Below are positions 8,337-16,468 of a stretch of 26,244 nucleotides of DNA, in pieces. The DNA is from Alphaproteobacteria bacterium. Lineage in GTDB: Bacteria; Pseudomonadota; Alphaproteobacteria; UBA828. The notes under the pieces were generated by a model. The model had not been told where the DNA came from and did no database searches. It was given only the letters and a program-made list of their open reading frames with translations. The stretch lies in NCBI GenBank assembly GCA_965220745.1, contig CBDCQT010000008.1, positions 1-26,244 of the forward strand, read 5' to 3'. Numbering within the stretch: position 1 is the first letter of the stretch; every line of letters begins with the position of its first letter. Both the position numbers and the translations under genes were made by a program.

Positions 8337-9533
8337 TCACGCAGGCCCGCTCCGGTCGCTCCCGCCCGGCATGATATCGGCGAAGATGCTGGCGGCCACC
8401 AGGGCTGCGGATTCCTTCACCGAGTCCCGCGCCAGGTGCGCGTACCGTGAGGTGGTCTGTATCTTCCGGTGACCCAGAAGCTTGCCGATCATCGTGAGGT
8501 CTTCGCCCAGCGCCAGGGCGCGCGACGCGAAGGAATGACGCAGGTCATGAAGCCGCACGTCGTCGAGATCGGCGCGCTCCCTGACCCGATACCAGTAGTA
8601 GGCAATGTGCTTCTGCCGCTCGCCGTGCTCCCTGCCCGCGATCACCCAGGGATTGTCCGCGAGACGCGGCAGCCCGGCCAGAACACGCGCCGCCGCCGGC
8701 GACAGCGGAACGATGCGAGGACCGGTCTTGCTATCGCGAAGCTGGATCTCGTTCCGGTGAAGCGCCACGTCGTCCCAGCGAAGCGTCAGCACCTCGCCGG
8801 ACCGGCACCCGGTCAGCATCAGGAGCTTGATCGCCGCAGCCGCGTGAACCGGAACCCGGCCCTCGGCTTCAAGATCTTCCAGGGCCTGACCGAGACGGCG
8901 GAACTCGTCCTCGGTCAGGAAGCGCTCCAGCCGCCGCGTCGGGTTGCGCGTCACGAAGCGGCAGGGGTTGCTGCCGGCAGGCAGCAGGCCCCACGCCTCC
9001 GCCCGGTTCAGCATCCGCGACAGCGCGCCCACCGTGTCGTTCGCAGCCACCGGCGTCTTGCGCAGGCGGTAGTGGAGCTCGGCAACGTGCTTGCGGTCGA
9101 GCTCGGCGATCGGCACCTTGCCCAGCTTCGGCAGGATGTGCCGCTCGATCGATTGCCTGTAGCCCTTGACCGTGTTCGGCTTGCAACGGACCGCTACGTG
9201 CTCGCGGAGGTATCTATCCGCGAGCTCCGCCACCGTCGGCCCGCCGGCTGCGTCCCGCCCGGCCCCCGGCTCGTCGCCCGCCTCGATACGGGTGAGAACC
9301 ACGGCGCCCTCCTGGCGCGCCTCGTCGGCGGAGATCACCCCGTGCCGGCCGATCGAGATCCGTTTCGTGCCCCGCGGGCCCTTGCGCTGCACCATGTAGC
9401 TCTTGCACCCGTTGGGATAGACCCGGACCCCGAAGCCGGGAAGCTCCCGGTCCCAGCACATGAACTCCTTCTCACCGGGCGTCAATGCGTCGACCACCCG
9501 GTTGGACAGCGATCTCTTCTTCAGTCGCGGCAT
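8337..9533 (-). CDS. Tyrosine recombinase/integrase 2 with N-terminal arm-DNA-binding domain (P4-like)
   Basis: 398 aa. WDRELPGFGVRVYPNG arm domain. Catalytic set TGCR, DSKTG, HDLRH, LLGH, TSRY. SD GGAGG upstream. Confidence 0.93.
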   Translation of the reverse strand: MPRLKKRSLSNRVVDALTPGEKEFMCWDRELPGFGVRVYPNGCKSYMVQRKGPRGTKRISIGRHGVISADEARQEGAVVLTRIEAGDEPGAGRDAAGGPTVAELADRYLREHVAVRCKPNTVKGYRQSIERHILPKLGKVPIAELDRKHVAELHYRLRKTPVAANDTVGALSRMLNRAEAWGLLPAGSNPCRFVTRNPTRRLERFLTEDEFRRLGQALEDLEAEGRVPVHAAAAIKLLMLTGCRSGEVLTLRWDDVALHRNEIQLRDSKTGPRIVPLSPAAARVLAGLPRLADNPWVIAGREHGERQKHIAYYWYRVRERADLDDVRLHDLRHSFASRALALGEDLTMIGKLLGHRKIQTTSRYAHLARDSVKESAALVAASIFADIMPGGSDRSGPA

Positions 9534-9551
9534 GTTCCTGTCCTCCGTCCC

Positions 9552-10772
9552 TTACGCCGCCTCCGCCGACGGCATGCCGTCGGCGGAGGCCTGGGTGGCA
9601 CCCTCCGTGCGCAGGATGTCGTCCTCGATGCTGCCGCCCACGCGGGCAACGGCAACCTTCTCCGCCTCCTGCGACAGGTGCGCATACCGCGCCGTGCTGC
9701 TCACGTCCGTGTGGCCGAGAAGGCGGCCGATCATCGGAAGCTGAAGACCGAGGGCCAGGGCGCGCGAGGCGAACGAATGACGCAGGTCATGAATGCGCAC
9801 GTCCTCGACCTCTGCCTTCTCGCGCACTCGGTGCCAGTGGCTGGTCAGCGTCGCCAGATGGCGGTTGGGCTTGCCCCCCGTGATCACCCAGGGGCTGCGC
9901 CTCACCCGCTTGATCCCCGCCAGCACCTCCAGCACGGCGGGCGTCAGCGGCACCATCCGCGCACCGGTCTTCGCGTCGCGCAGGCGAATCTCCCCTGCCT
10001 TGCGGTCGATGTCGCTCCACCTGAGCGTCTGTATCTCCCCGAGCCGGCACCCCGTCAGCATCAGCAGGCGCAGCGCCGCCGCAGCCCGCGCCGACACCGG
10101 GCCCTCGGCCTCAAGCTCGCACAGCGCCTCGCCCACCCTGCGGTACTCATCCTCCGTGAGGAAGCGCTCGCGGCGGCCCTCCTTGTAGCGCAGAACGAAC
10201 CGGCACGGGTTGCCGCCGGGGGACGCAATACCCCACGCCTCGGCCAACGAGAACATCTTTGACAGCACCATCAGCGCCCGGTTCGCAGCGCGCGGCGTCT
10301 CCCGCAGGCCATAGTGCAGGGCTTCGACCTCGGCACGCCCCACCTTGTCCAGGGACATCGCGCCCAGCGCCGGCAGGATGTGGTTCCTGAGCGAGCCCTT
10401 GTAGATGCCCTGCGTGTGGGCGTTGCAGTGCACCGCGACATGGGCCTCGAGGTAGCGCTCGGCCAGTTGGGCGACGGTGAGCACAGGCTCGGACTCCGCC
10501 TTCGCCGGGTCCTCGCCCTTCTTGATGCGGGCGATGGCCGCAGCAGCCTTCTTGCGCGCCTGATCGGGGGTAAGATCGCCGTGGCGTCCGAGCGAGACGC
10601 GCCTGATGCCCACCGGCCCCCGGCACTGCGCGACATAGATCTTGGCGCCTGAGGGGTAGACCCTGACGCCGAAGCCGGGCAGCTCCTTGTCCCAGAAGGT
10701 GGCGTCCTTCTTCTCGACGGCGAGCGCGTCGACGGTGCGCTTCGAGATCGAGAGCTCACTTCGTTTAGGCAT
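9552..10772 (-). CDS. Tyrosine recombinase/integrase 1 with N-terminal arm-DNA-binding domain (P4-like)
   Basis: WDKELPGFGVRVYPSG, TGCR, DAKTG, HDLRH, LLGH, TARY. ATG 10772 preferred over TTG 10778 because GGAG lies at 10783-10780. Confidence 0.93.
   Translation of the reverse strand: MPKRSELSISKRTVDALAVEKKDATFWDKELPGFGVRVYPSGAKIYVAQCRGPVGIRRVSLGRHGDLTPDQARKKAAAAIARIKKGEDPAKAESEPVLTVAQLAERYLEAHVAVHCNAHTQGIYKGSLRNHILPALGAMSLDKVGRAEVEALHYGLRETPRAANRALMVLSKMFSLAEAWGIASPGGNPCRFVLRYKEGRRERFLTEDEYRRVGEALCELEAEGPVSARAAAALRLLMLTGCRLGEIQTLRWSDIDRKAGEIRLRDAKTGARMVPLTPAVLEVLAGIKRVRRSPWVITGGKPNRHLATLTSHWHRVREKAEVEDVRIHDLRHSFASRALALGLQLPMIGRLLGHTDVSSTARYAHLSQEAEKVAVARVGGSIEDDILRTEGATQASADGMPSAEAA
9559..9590. 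repeat. Perfect 32-bp palindrome in the last codons of recombinase 1
   Basis: GCCTCCGCCGACGGCA|TGCCGTCGGCGGAGGC. Confidence 0.9.
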
Positions 10773-11030
10773 CGTCAAGCTCCGCGTTCATCATACCTTC
10801 GTTCACCGGTTGGCGCAGTCACCGGGGGCCTGAGCAACGCCGTGCGGCGCCTCGTCATGAACGGCCCGTCCAGGTCCTGTCCTCACGGCCATCACCCCTT
10901 CCGTCACCCGAGGACCGAATCCCGGCCTCCGGCGGGAAATTCGGGGTGGGCGAAATCGACCGAATTTACCGTCATCACTTCGGTAATCTCCGACATCAAA
11001 CTCCAGCGTATTGGATCGTACATCTGACGT

Positions 11031-11059
11031 ATCGTAGAGGCATGTGGGCGAATAGTCAA
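11031..11059 (-). promoter_or_regulatory. Putative sigma70 promoter for the recombinase pair
   Basis: Minus strand TTGACT (11059-11054), 17-nt spacer, TACGAT (11036-11031), in an AT-rich intergenic region. Confidence 0.6.
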
Positions 11060-11088
11060 CCCACTGTATAAACACTAAATATCGTACT

Positions 11089-11108
11089 CCTACGTAGCTC
11101 TACGTAGG
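11089..11108. promoter_or_regulatory. 9-2-9 palindrome upstream of right lipoprotein A
   Basis: CCTACGTAG-CT-CTACGTAGG; two self-complementary CTACGTAG units with a 10-bp period. Confidence 0.5.
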
Positions 11109-11170
11109 TCTGACGGCAAAAGTGGGGAAAACGCTACACCCTACTTTTACAAGAGGAGAGCCTCGAAGCC

Positions 11171-13003
11171 ATGAAGAAGACGAAGTTGACTCGCAGTTTG
11201 CTGGCGGCGTGCTCGATCGTCGCCCTCACCGCCGTCATGTACGGCTGCGTCCACGACGGCGGCGATGATCCGGAGCCGGTCGTAGAGGAGACGCCGACGC
11301 CCACGCCGGATCCGGGTCCGACGGATCTTGAGGAGACCCAGACGGCGGCCGCAGACGCGGCTGATGCCGCCAAGATGGCGTCGGACAATGCAGCGATGGC
11401 GGCCAGCGACGCCGGGGACGCGACGGAGAACCTCGCGACCGCACAGACCGGCGCGATGGCAATGTCTCAAGCCGATAAGGCTCAGATGCAAGCCGACGCG
11501 GCCATGACGGCGTACATGGCAGCCAAGGCGGCCAGCGACGCGGCGGCGGCGGCAACGCTCGCGAGCGTTGCCGGCGAAGAGTTGGCGAAGGCCAGGGCAG
11601 CCCAGGCGGATGCCGAAGCGGCGGCCATGAAGGCCGACGAATACAGCAAAAAGGCCATCGCGAGCGCCAATATGGAGTTGAAGATCGACGGCACGATGAA
11701 GAGCGTCGGCGAGACGACCATCGATGCGGAAGCGCCGAAGATCGAGGTGACTTCCGGGTCTGGCGATGACGCGCAAGTGGTTACCACGGGGCTGCTCAGC
11801 ACGCCGATGACGACGGGTGATGCGACGTATGGCCGTGTGGCTATCGATGCTGTTCTCATCACCGAAACTGAGTATGTGTCGCCCAAGGTGAACGCAGAGA
11901 TGCGTGATGACCTCAAAATCGGCAAGAAGGTGGATTCGGCTGACGACATGGCGCGCTTGCAGATCATCACAGCCTATGCAAGCACTCGGTCTGTCAAGGT
12001 GTATGCCGCTGGTGCCGCTACCGCGCACATGGGTGAAAAGGAAGGAACAGTTGAGGTGGCCTCTGGAGGGACTGGAATTACCTCTGGAGCCGATCTCGCA
12101 ACAGACACCAACGTGGAGCTTACGTTGCGCCCTGTGGGTATGTTCTTCGAGGTTGACACAACGACGAATAGCGGCACTGCGGGAACACTTACCCCTGGCG
12201 ACGGGTCTACTGATAGTCCGGCTGGAGACATAGTTGAGGCGGGCACCAAGGCAAAGCAGGTGTACTCCTTTGTGAACACTGCGGCCACGGGTAGCCCAAC
12301 GGTCTATGTGGTGCTGAATGAAACCACCGCTACGACTGATGGCGATGGCGAGACGAGCGCGGAGTATGAGTATGTACTCGTCGACGTGCATTTTGCGGTC
12401 AATCAAGACGGGCTCGGAACCAACGACACGACCGAAGGCGACGAAAACGTCTTCGTGACCGCCGACCTTCCAGCGGCCAAGGACTACAGCCACGTGCACT
12501 TCGGCGTCTGGGCTGGGCTGGGTGAGGCCGCCAAGGACGGCACGCAAGAGGTTGTGGATCTCGGCATCGGCTTCGTCCAGAGCATCGGCGACGGGATGAC
12601 TGGGGCTGACATGCAGAACGCTGGCTCGGCCACGTACAACGGCAACTGGGCCGCTGCCGTGCAGGAAGCCCACCCGGATGGGGAAGGCACGATCAGGCTT
12701 CTGCACGACGATGCCGCTATCATAGCGGACTTCGACAAGGCCACGATCACCGCAACCCTGACTAACCTCGCCACGCTGAAGGGCGATATATCGGGCAACA
12801 CGTTCTCTGGCGACGACGACGCATCGGGCATTGACGGCATGCACGGATTGGACTCCGACGCCACCTTCACCGGCTCGTTCAGTGGCGGGTTCTATGGCGC
12901 GAAGAATGCGGAGGCCGGCGGCATCTTCGACTTCGCCTCTGAAGGCAACGAGGGCGGCGCATTCGTCGGTGCCTTCGGCGGGGCCAAGGAGGCAGACGAC
13001 TAA
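11171..13003 (+). CDS. Surface lipoprotein A with C-terminal TbpB-like barrel (right copy)
   Basis: Same protein as 4117-5949; lipobox Cys26; SD AGGAG at 11154-11158. Confidence 0.88.
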   Translation: MKKTKLTRSLLAACSIVALTAVMYGCVHDGGDDPEPVVEETPTPTPDPGPTDLEETQTAAADAADAAKMASDNAAMAASDAGDATENLATAQTGAMAMSQADKAQMQADAAMTAYMAAKAASDAAAAATLASVAGEELAKARAAQADAEAAAMKADEYSKKAIASANMELKIDGTMKSVGETTIDAEAPKIEVTSGSGDDAQVVTTGLLSTPMTTGDATYGRVAIDAVLITETEYVSPKVNAEMRDDLKIGKKVDSADDMARLQIITAYASTRSVKVYAAGAATAHMGEKEGTVEVASGGTGITSGADLATDTNVELTLRPVGMFFEVDTTTNSGTAGTLTPGDGSTDSPAGDIVEAGTKAKQVYSFVNTAATGSPTVYVVLNETTATTDGDGETSAEYEYVLVDVHFAVNQDGLGTNDTTEGDENVFVTADLPAAKDYSHVHFGVWAGLGEAAKDGTQEVVDLGIGFVQSIGDGMTGADMQNAGSATYNGNWAAAVQEAHPDGEGTIRLLHDDAAIIADFDKATITATLTNLATLKGDISGNTFSGDDDASGIDGMHGLDSDATFTGSFSGGFYGAKNAEAGGIFDFASEGNEGGAFVGAFGGAKEADD

Positions 13004-13035
13004 CGGCCCCGCTCGCTCGACGGTTCAACCAGTGC

Positions 13036-13071
13036 AGGCGCCCGGTCCGGGTACGGGCCGGGCGCCTTTTT
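13036..13071 (+). terminator. Rho-independent terminator between lipoprotein A and Slam 1
   Basis: AGGCGCCCGGTCCG-GGTA-CGGGCCGGGCGCCT followed by TTTT. Confidence 0.82.
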
Positions 13072-13110
13072 CTCACCCGATGCCACTCGCGCGATGGCCT
13101 GAAGGTCTCC

Positions 13111-14469
13111 ATGGCTCTCACGGTTCGGCCCGCGGTCCTGTTCGTCCCGGTCCCGATACTGCTGCTCGTCCTGGTCCTTGTGGCACTGGCGTTGCCCGGT
13201 CCCGCGCGCGCGCAGGAGCCGCCGACGCCGGGGCTCTCCGCAGAGGCCCTGATCGAGGCTGCCCGTGCTGCGTTGGCGGCGGGCGAGCCGGACAATGCCG
13301 CGCTGCTGCTGGAGGGCGTCAAGCTGGGTCAGGGGAACATCGACGACATCGACTTCCTCTGGGGCACGATCGCGATGATGCGCGGCGAGTGGCAGGAGGC
13401 GATCGCGCGCTTCCGCGCCATGCTCGCCAGAGACCCGTCCCTGCTGCGGGTCCGTCTCGACCTTGCGCTGGCCTACTTCCAGGCGGGCGAGGACGGCAGC
13501 GCCGCCTACCACTTCCGTCAGGCACTTGCGGCCGAGGACCTGCCCCCCACCGTGCGGGCGAACGCGCTGTCCTTCCTGGACCGCATCCGGCGACGCAAGT
13601 CCTGGTCGGTCACGGGCACCCTCTCGCTTGCCCCCGACACCAATATCAACGCCGCCACCAGCGCGCGGGAGATCGACCTGTTCGGGCTTCCTGCGACGCT
13701 GTCGGAGGACGCACGACAGACCAGCGGCGTGGGGCTGAGCGCGAGCGTAGGCGGCGGCTACGAGGCGCGGCTCTCGCCCGACGTGCGGCTGCGCACCTCG
13801 GCTCACTTGCACACGCGCACCTACGGCAGCGGCAAGAGCGCGTTCAACGAGCAGACGCTGAGCCTGCGGGCCGGCCCGCGGTTTCTCTTCGAGCGCTTCG
13901 AGCTGCGGCCCGAGCTTGTGGCGCGGGGCCGGCAGCTGGGGAACGAGACCTACAGCCGTGCCGGGGGAGTGGAGCTTTCAGGCGACTGGCTGATGGCGCC
14001 GACATGGCGTCTGAGCGGGTCGGCGGGAGCGGAGTGGAACTCGTACGAGACCTTCCTGGGCGAGGGCGTCCTCTACACGGCGCAGGTTGGCCTGTCCCAC
14101 GCCCTGGGCCAGACGACCCTGCTGCAGGGCATTGCGGGCTGGCGCCGGGAGGCGCTCGACAGCGACGCCTATTCGTGGCGCGAGTTCATCGTCGGACTTT
14201 CCGTGGCGCGGGAGCTTCCCCGCGGGTTCGTCGTGACGGCGGGCCCGAGCTTTCGCTGGCGGGAATACGGGGCGCCTCTTCCGATCTACGGGCCGGACGC
14301 GCGGCAGGACGAGACGCTTGCGGGACGGATCACGGTGTCGAACCGCCATATCGACCTGTTCGGCTTCATGCCGGAGGTCACGGTGAGGCACGAGGTGCGC
14401 GACAGCAATCTCGGGCTCTACGAGTACGAGCGCAGCGTGGCGGAGCTCGGAGTGGTGCGGACGTTCTAG
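13111..14469 (+). CDS. Slam-family exporter 1 (right copy)
   Basis: Same protein as 2651-4009: signal peptide, TPR, barrel, terminal Phe. Confidence 0.88.
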   Translation: MALTVRPAVLFVPVPILLLVLVLVALALPGPARAQEPPTPGLSAEALIEAARAALAAGEPDNAALLLEGVKLGQGNIDDIDFLWGTIAMMRGEWQEAIARFRAMLARDPSLLRVRLDLALAYFQAGEDGSAAYHFRQALAAEDLPPTVRANALSFLDRIRRRKSWSVTGTLSLAPDTNINAATSAREIDLFGLPATLSEDARQTSGVGLSASVGGGYEARLSPDVRLRTSAHLHTRTYGSGKSAFNEQTLSLRAGPRFLFERFELRPELVARGRQLGNETYSRAGGVELSGDWLMAPTWRLSGSAGAEWNSYETFLGEGVLYTAQVGLSHALGQTTLLQGIAGWRREALDSDAYSWREFIVGLSVARELPRGFVVTAGPSFRWREYGAPLPIYGPDARQDETLAGRITVSNRHIDLFGFMPEVTVRHEVRDSNLGLYEYERSVAELGVVRTF

Positions 14470-14755
14470 GAGAACACAGCAACTGCCCGCGACGCAACGG
14501 GATGAGGACGGATATGCACGGCGTGCGCGACGCCATCCGGAGGAGGCAGGGGCGATGACCGGAACCCGGAACCCGTGGGACCAATCGGGAGCGGTTGAAG
14601 GGGGTCGGCGGGTTCGACGGTGCAACAGACGAGACCGTGGCCGCTGTGCTCTCGGGCGGTTCCGCGCGGCGGGGTCCTCAAGATGCGGCCTGACCCTGCC
14701 GTGCTCCCACTTGGCCGGCCGCAGACGTGATCATGCATTCTGAAGGAGAACACCG

Positions 14756-16375
14756 ATGAAACGCACGAAAGCTGCATGGCTCACCCGCGGAAGCGCAATC
14801 GCTCTTATTGCGGCGGCCGGTTTCGCCCTCTCGGCTTGCTCGGGCAGTGACGGCCTGACCAAGGCCGAGGAGGAGGCTCTCCAAGAGCAGCTGGAAGAAG
14901 CCGAGCGGGTGCGCGACGAGGCCGTAGAGGACCGGGACGAGGCCATAGAGGACCGGGACGAGGCCATAGAGGACCGGGACGAGGCCATAGAGGACCGGGA
15001 CGAGGCCATAGAGGACCGGGACGAGGCCGTAGAGGACCGGGACGAGGCCGTAGAGGATCGCGACGAGGCCATAGGGGATCGCGACGAGGCGCAGCAGAAG
15101 CTGACCGAGGCCGAACAAGCGGAATTCAGGGCCCGCGCCAGCTCGTTTGGCGCTGTGCTGGACCTGGGGACAGGTGGTGCGGATGAGCAAGGGCCGGTAA
15201 CCGTCTCGTGGCCGCACGGAAGCAGCCTCACATTCAGGCCTTCGGGGACTCTGACCTCTGGCTCTGCGGCACCCCCCGTTCCCGGCGGCTGGCGCAGCGC
15301 CAGGTTCACCGGCCAGACCGGAACGGCTGACACACTCACCGACGAAACCGTCGACCTCTACACCAACATCCAGGCGCCCAGCACCAGGGCGTTCTGGAAG
15401 CGGTATGGTGTGTCAATTCCGGATATATCCACAATATCCGACCACGCATCGCTTGCGACGGGCCGCTCGGCACAAGCCACAACCGAAACTCCGGCGGGTA
15501 CTACCACTACCAACGTCACGGAGCTTACGGTAAGCGGCAGCTTCGACGGCGCGGGTGGCTCGTTCACTTGTGCCACCGGCTGCGCTGCATCTGACGTTGG
15601 TAGCGGCGACGCCCCCACCAGCGCCGAGATCAACGCGCACATCGCCACTCATGTCACATTTAGCCAAGGGCAGCCAACCTTTACGACGCCAAGCAACTGG
15701 ACCTTCAAGCCTCGCAGTATTGCTTCCGGCGTGCCGCTGGATCAGGACGATGCATTCCTCTACTTCGGCATCTGGTCCTCCATCCCGGACAACATCAGTG
15801 GGACGACTTACAACTTCAGGTACGTTGCAGGCGGTGGAGCCGAATCGGGTTCAACCAACTTGGTCAACTTCAACCAACTTACCGGCTCAGCGACGTTTCG
15901 CGGCGGCGCGGTCGGCAGATACGTCACGCAGGGGCAGGTCGGCGGGCAGAACGCCAAGATCGGCGACTTCACCGCGACCGCCACCTTGAACGTTGATTTT
16001 GGTGCCGCTGACGCCGCTGGCACCCTTAGTGGCAGCATCACCGGGTTCCACGAAGACGGCCGCCTCCTGGAAGGCTGGGGGGTTACGTTGGGCGGGGGAG
16101 GAAGCCCTGCAAATGTCGGTATGCCCGTCGATATAACTCTGGCCGATAACGCCGATGATGCCAGCGGAATCACCGTGGCGAACATCGGCGGCCTGCCGGT
16201 GGCAGGTTCGTGGGGCGCCAACTTCTACGGCCACGACAACGCGGTGCTCAGTGACCGCACCAAATACCCGGCGAACCAGTACCCGGTGGTCGACCTCGCG
16301 GGCGTGGCTGGCTGGTTCGATGCCACGGGCACGAGTGCCTCGCTGGCCGGAGCCTTTGCCGCCACCCCCCAGTGA
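14756..16375 (+). CDS. Surface lipoprotein B with heptad stalk and TbpB-like barrel (right copy)
   Basis: Same protein as 745-2364; SD GAAGGAG at 14742-14748; lipobox LSAC. Confidence 0.85.
   Translation: MKRTKAAWLTRGSAIALIAAAGFALSACSGSDGLTKAEEEALQEQLEEAERVRDEAVEDRDEAIEDRDEAIEDRDEAIEDRDEAIEDRDEAVEDRDEAVEDRDEAIGDRDEAQQKLTEAEQAEFRARASSFGAVLDLGTGGADEQGPVTVSWPHGSSLTFRPSGTLTSGSAAPPVPGGWRSARFTGQTGTADTLTDETVDLYTNIQAPSTRAFWKRYGVSIPDISTISDHASLATGRSAQATTETPAGTTTTNVTELTVSGSFDGAGGSFTCATGCAASDVGSGDAPTSAEINAHIATHVTFSQGQPTFTTPSNWTFKPRSIASGVPLDQDDAFLYFGIWSSIPDNISGTTYNFRYVAGGGAESGSTNLVNFNQLTGSATFRGGAVGRYVTQGQVGGQNAKIGDFTATATLNVDFGAADAAGTLSGSITGFHEDGRLLEGWGVTLGGGGSPANVGMPVDITLADNADDASGITVANIGGLPVAGSWGANFYGHDNAVLSDRTKYPANQYPVVDLAGVAGWFDATGTSASLAGAFAATPQ
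14912..15091 (+). repeat. 21-bp coding tandem repeat (RDEA[IV]ED x8 plus RDEA)
   Basis: CGGGACGAGGCC(A/G)TAGAGGAC units read directly; the last full unit encodes RDEAIGD. Confidence 0.95.
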
Positions 16376-16468
16376 TTGACTGAGCGCGCACCGGCGACGA
16401 GCACCATGCCGACCTCGGCGCGTGCAAGCGGCAGGGGCATTCAGGGGAGGGCATCAGGAGGAGTTTCG

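Noticed and set aside
8469-10262. 597-aa plus-strand ORF
   Set aside because: Antisense shadow of the two integrases.
11201-11212. LAAC at residues 11-14 of lipoprotein A as the lipobox
   Set aside because: It precedes the hydrophobic stretch; Cys26 (MYGC) follows the h-region and fits better.
14595-14625. GGGGGTCGGCGGGTTCGAC resembling a tRNA T-arm or integrase att remnant
   Set aside because: No T-stem complement, acceptor stem or cloverleaf can be built.
14912-15091. 21-bp repeats as a CRISPR array
   Set aside because: No spacers; an in-frame coding tandem repeat; no cas genes.
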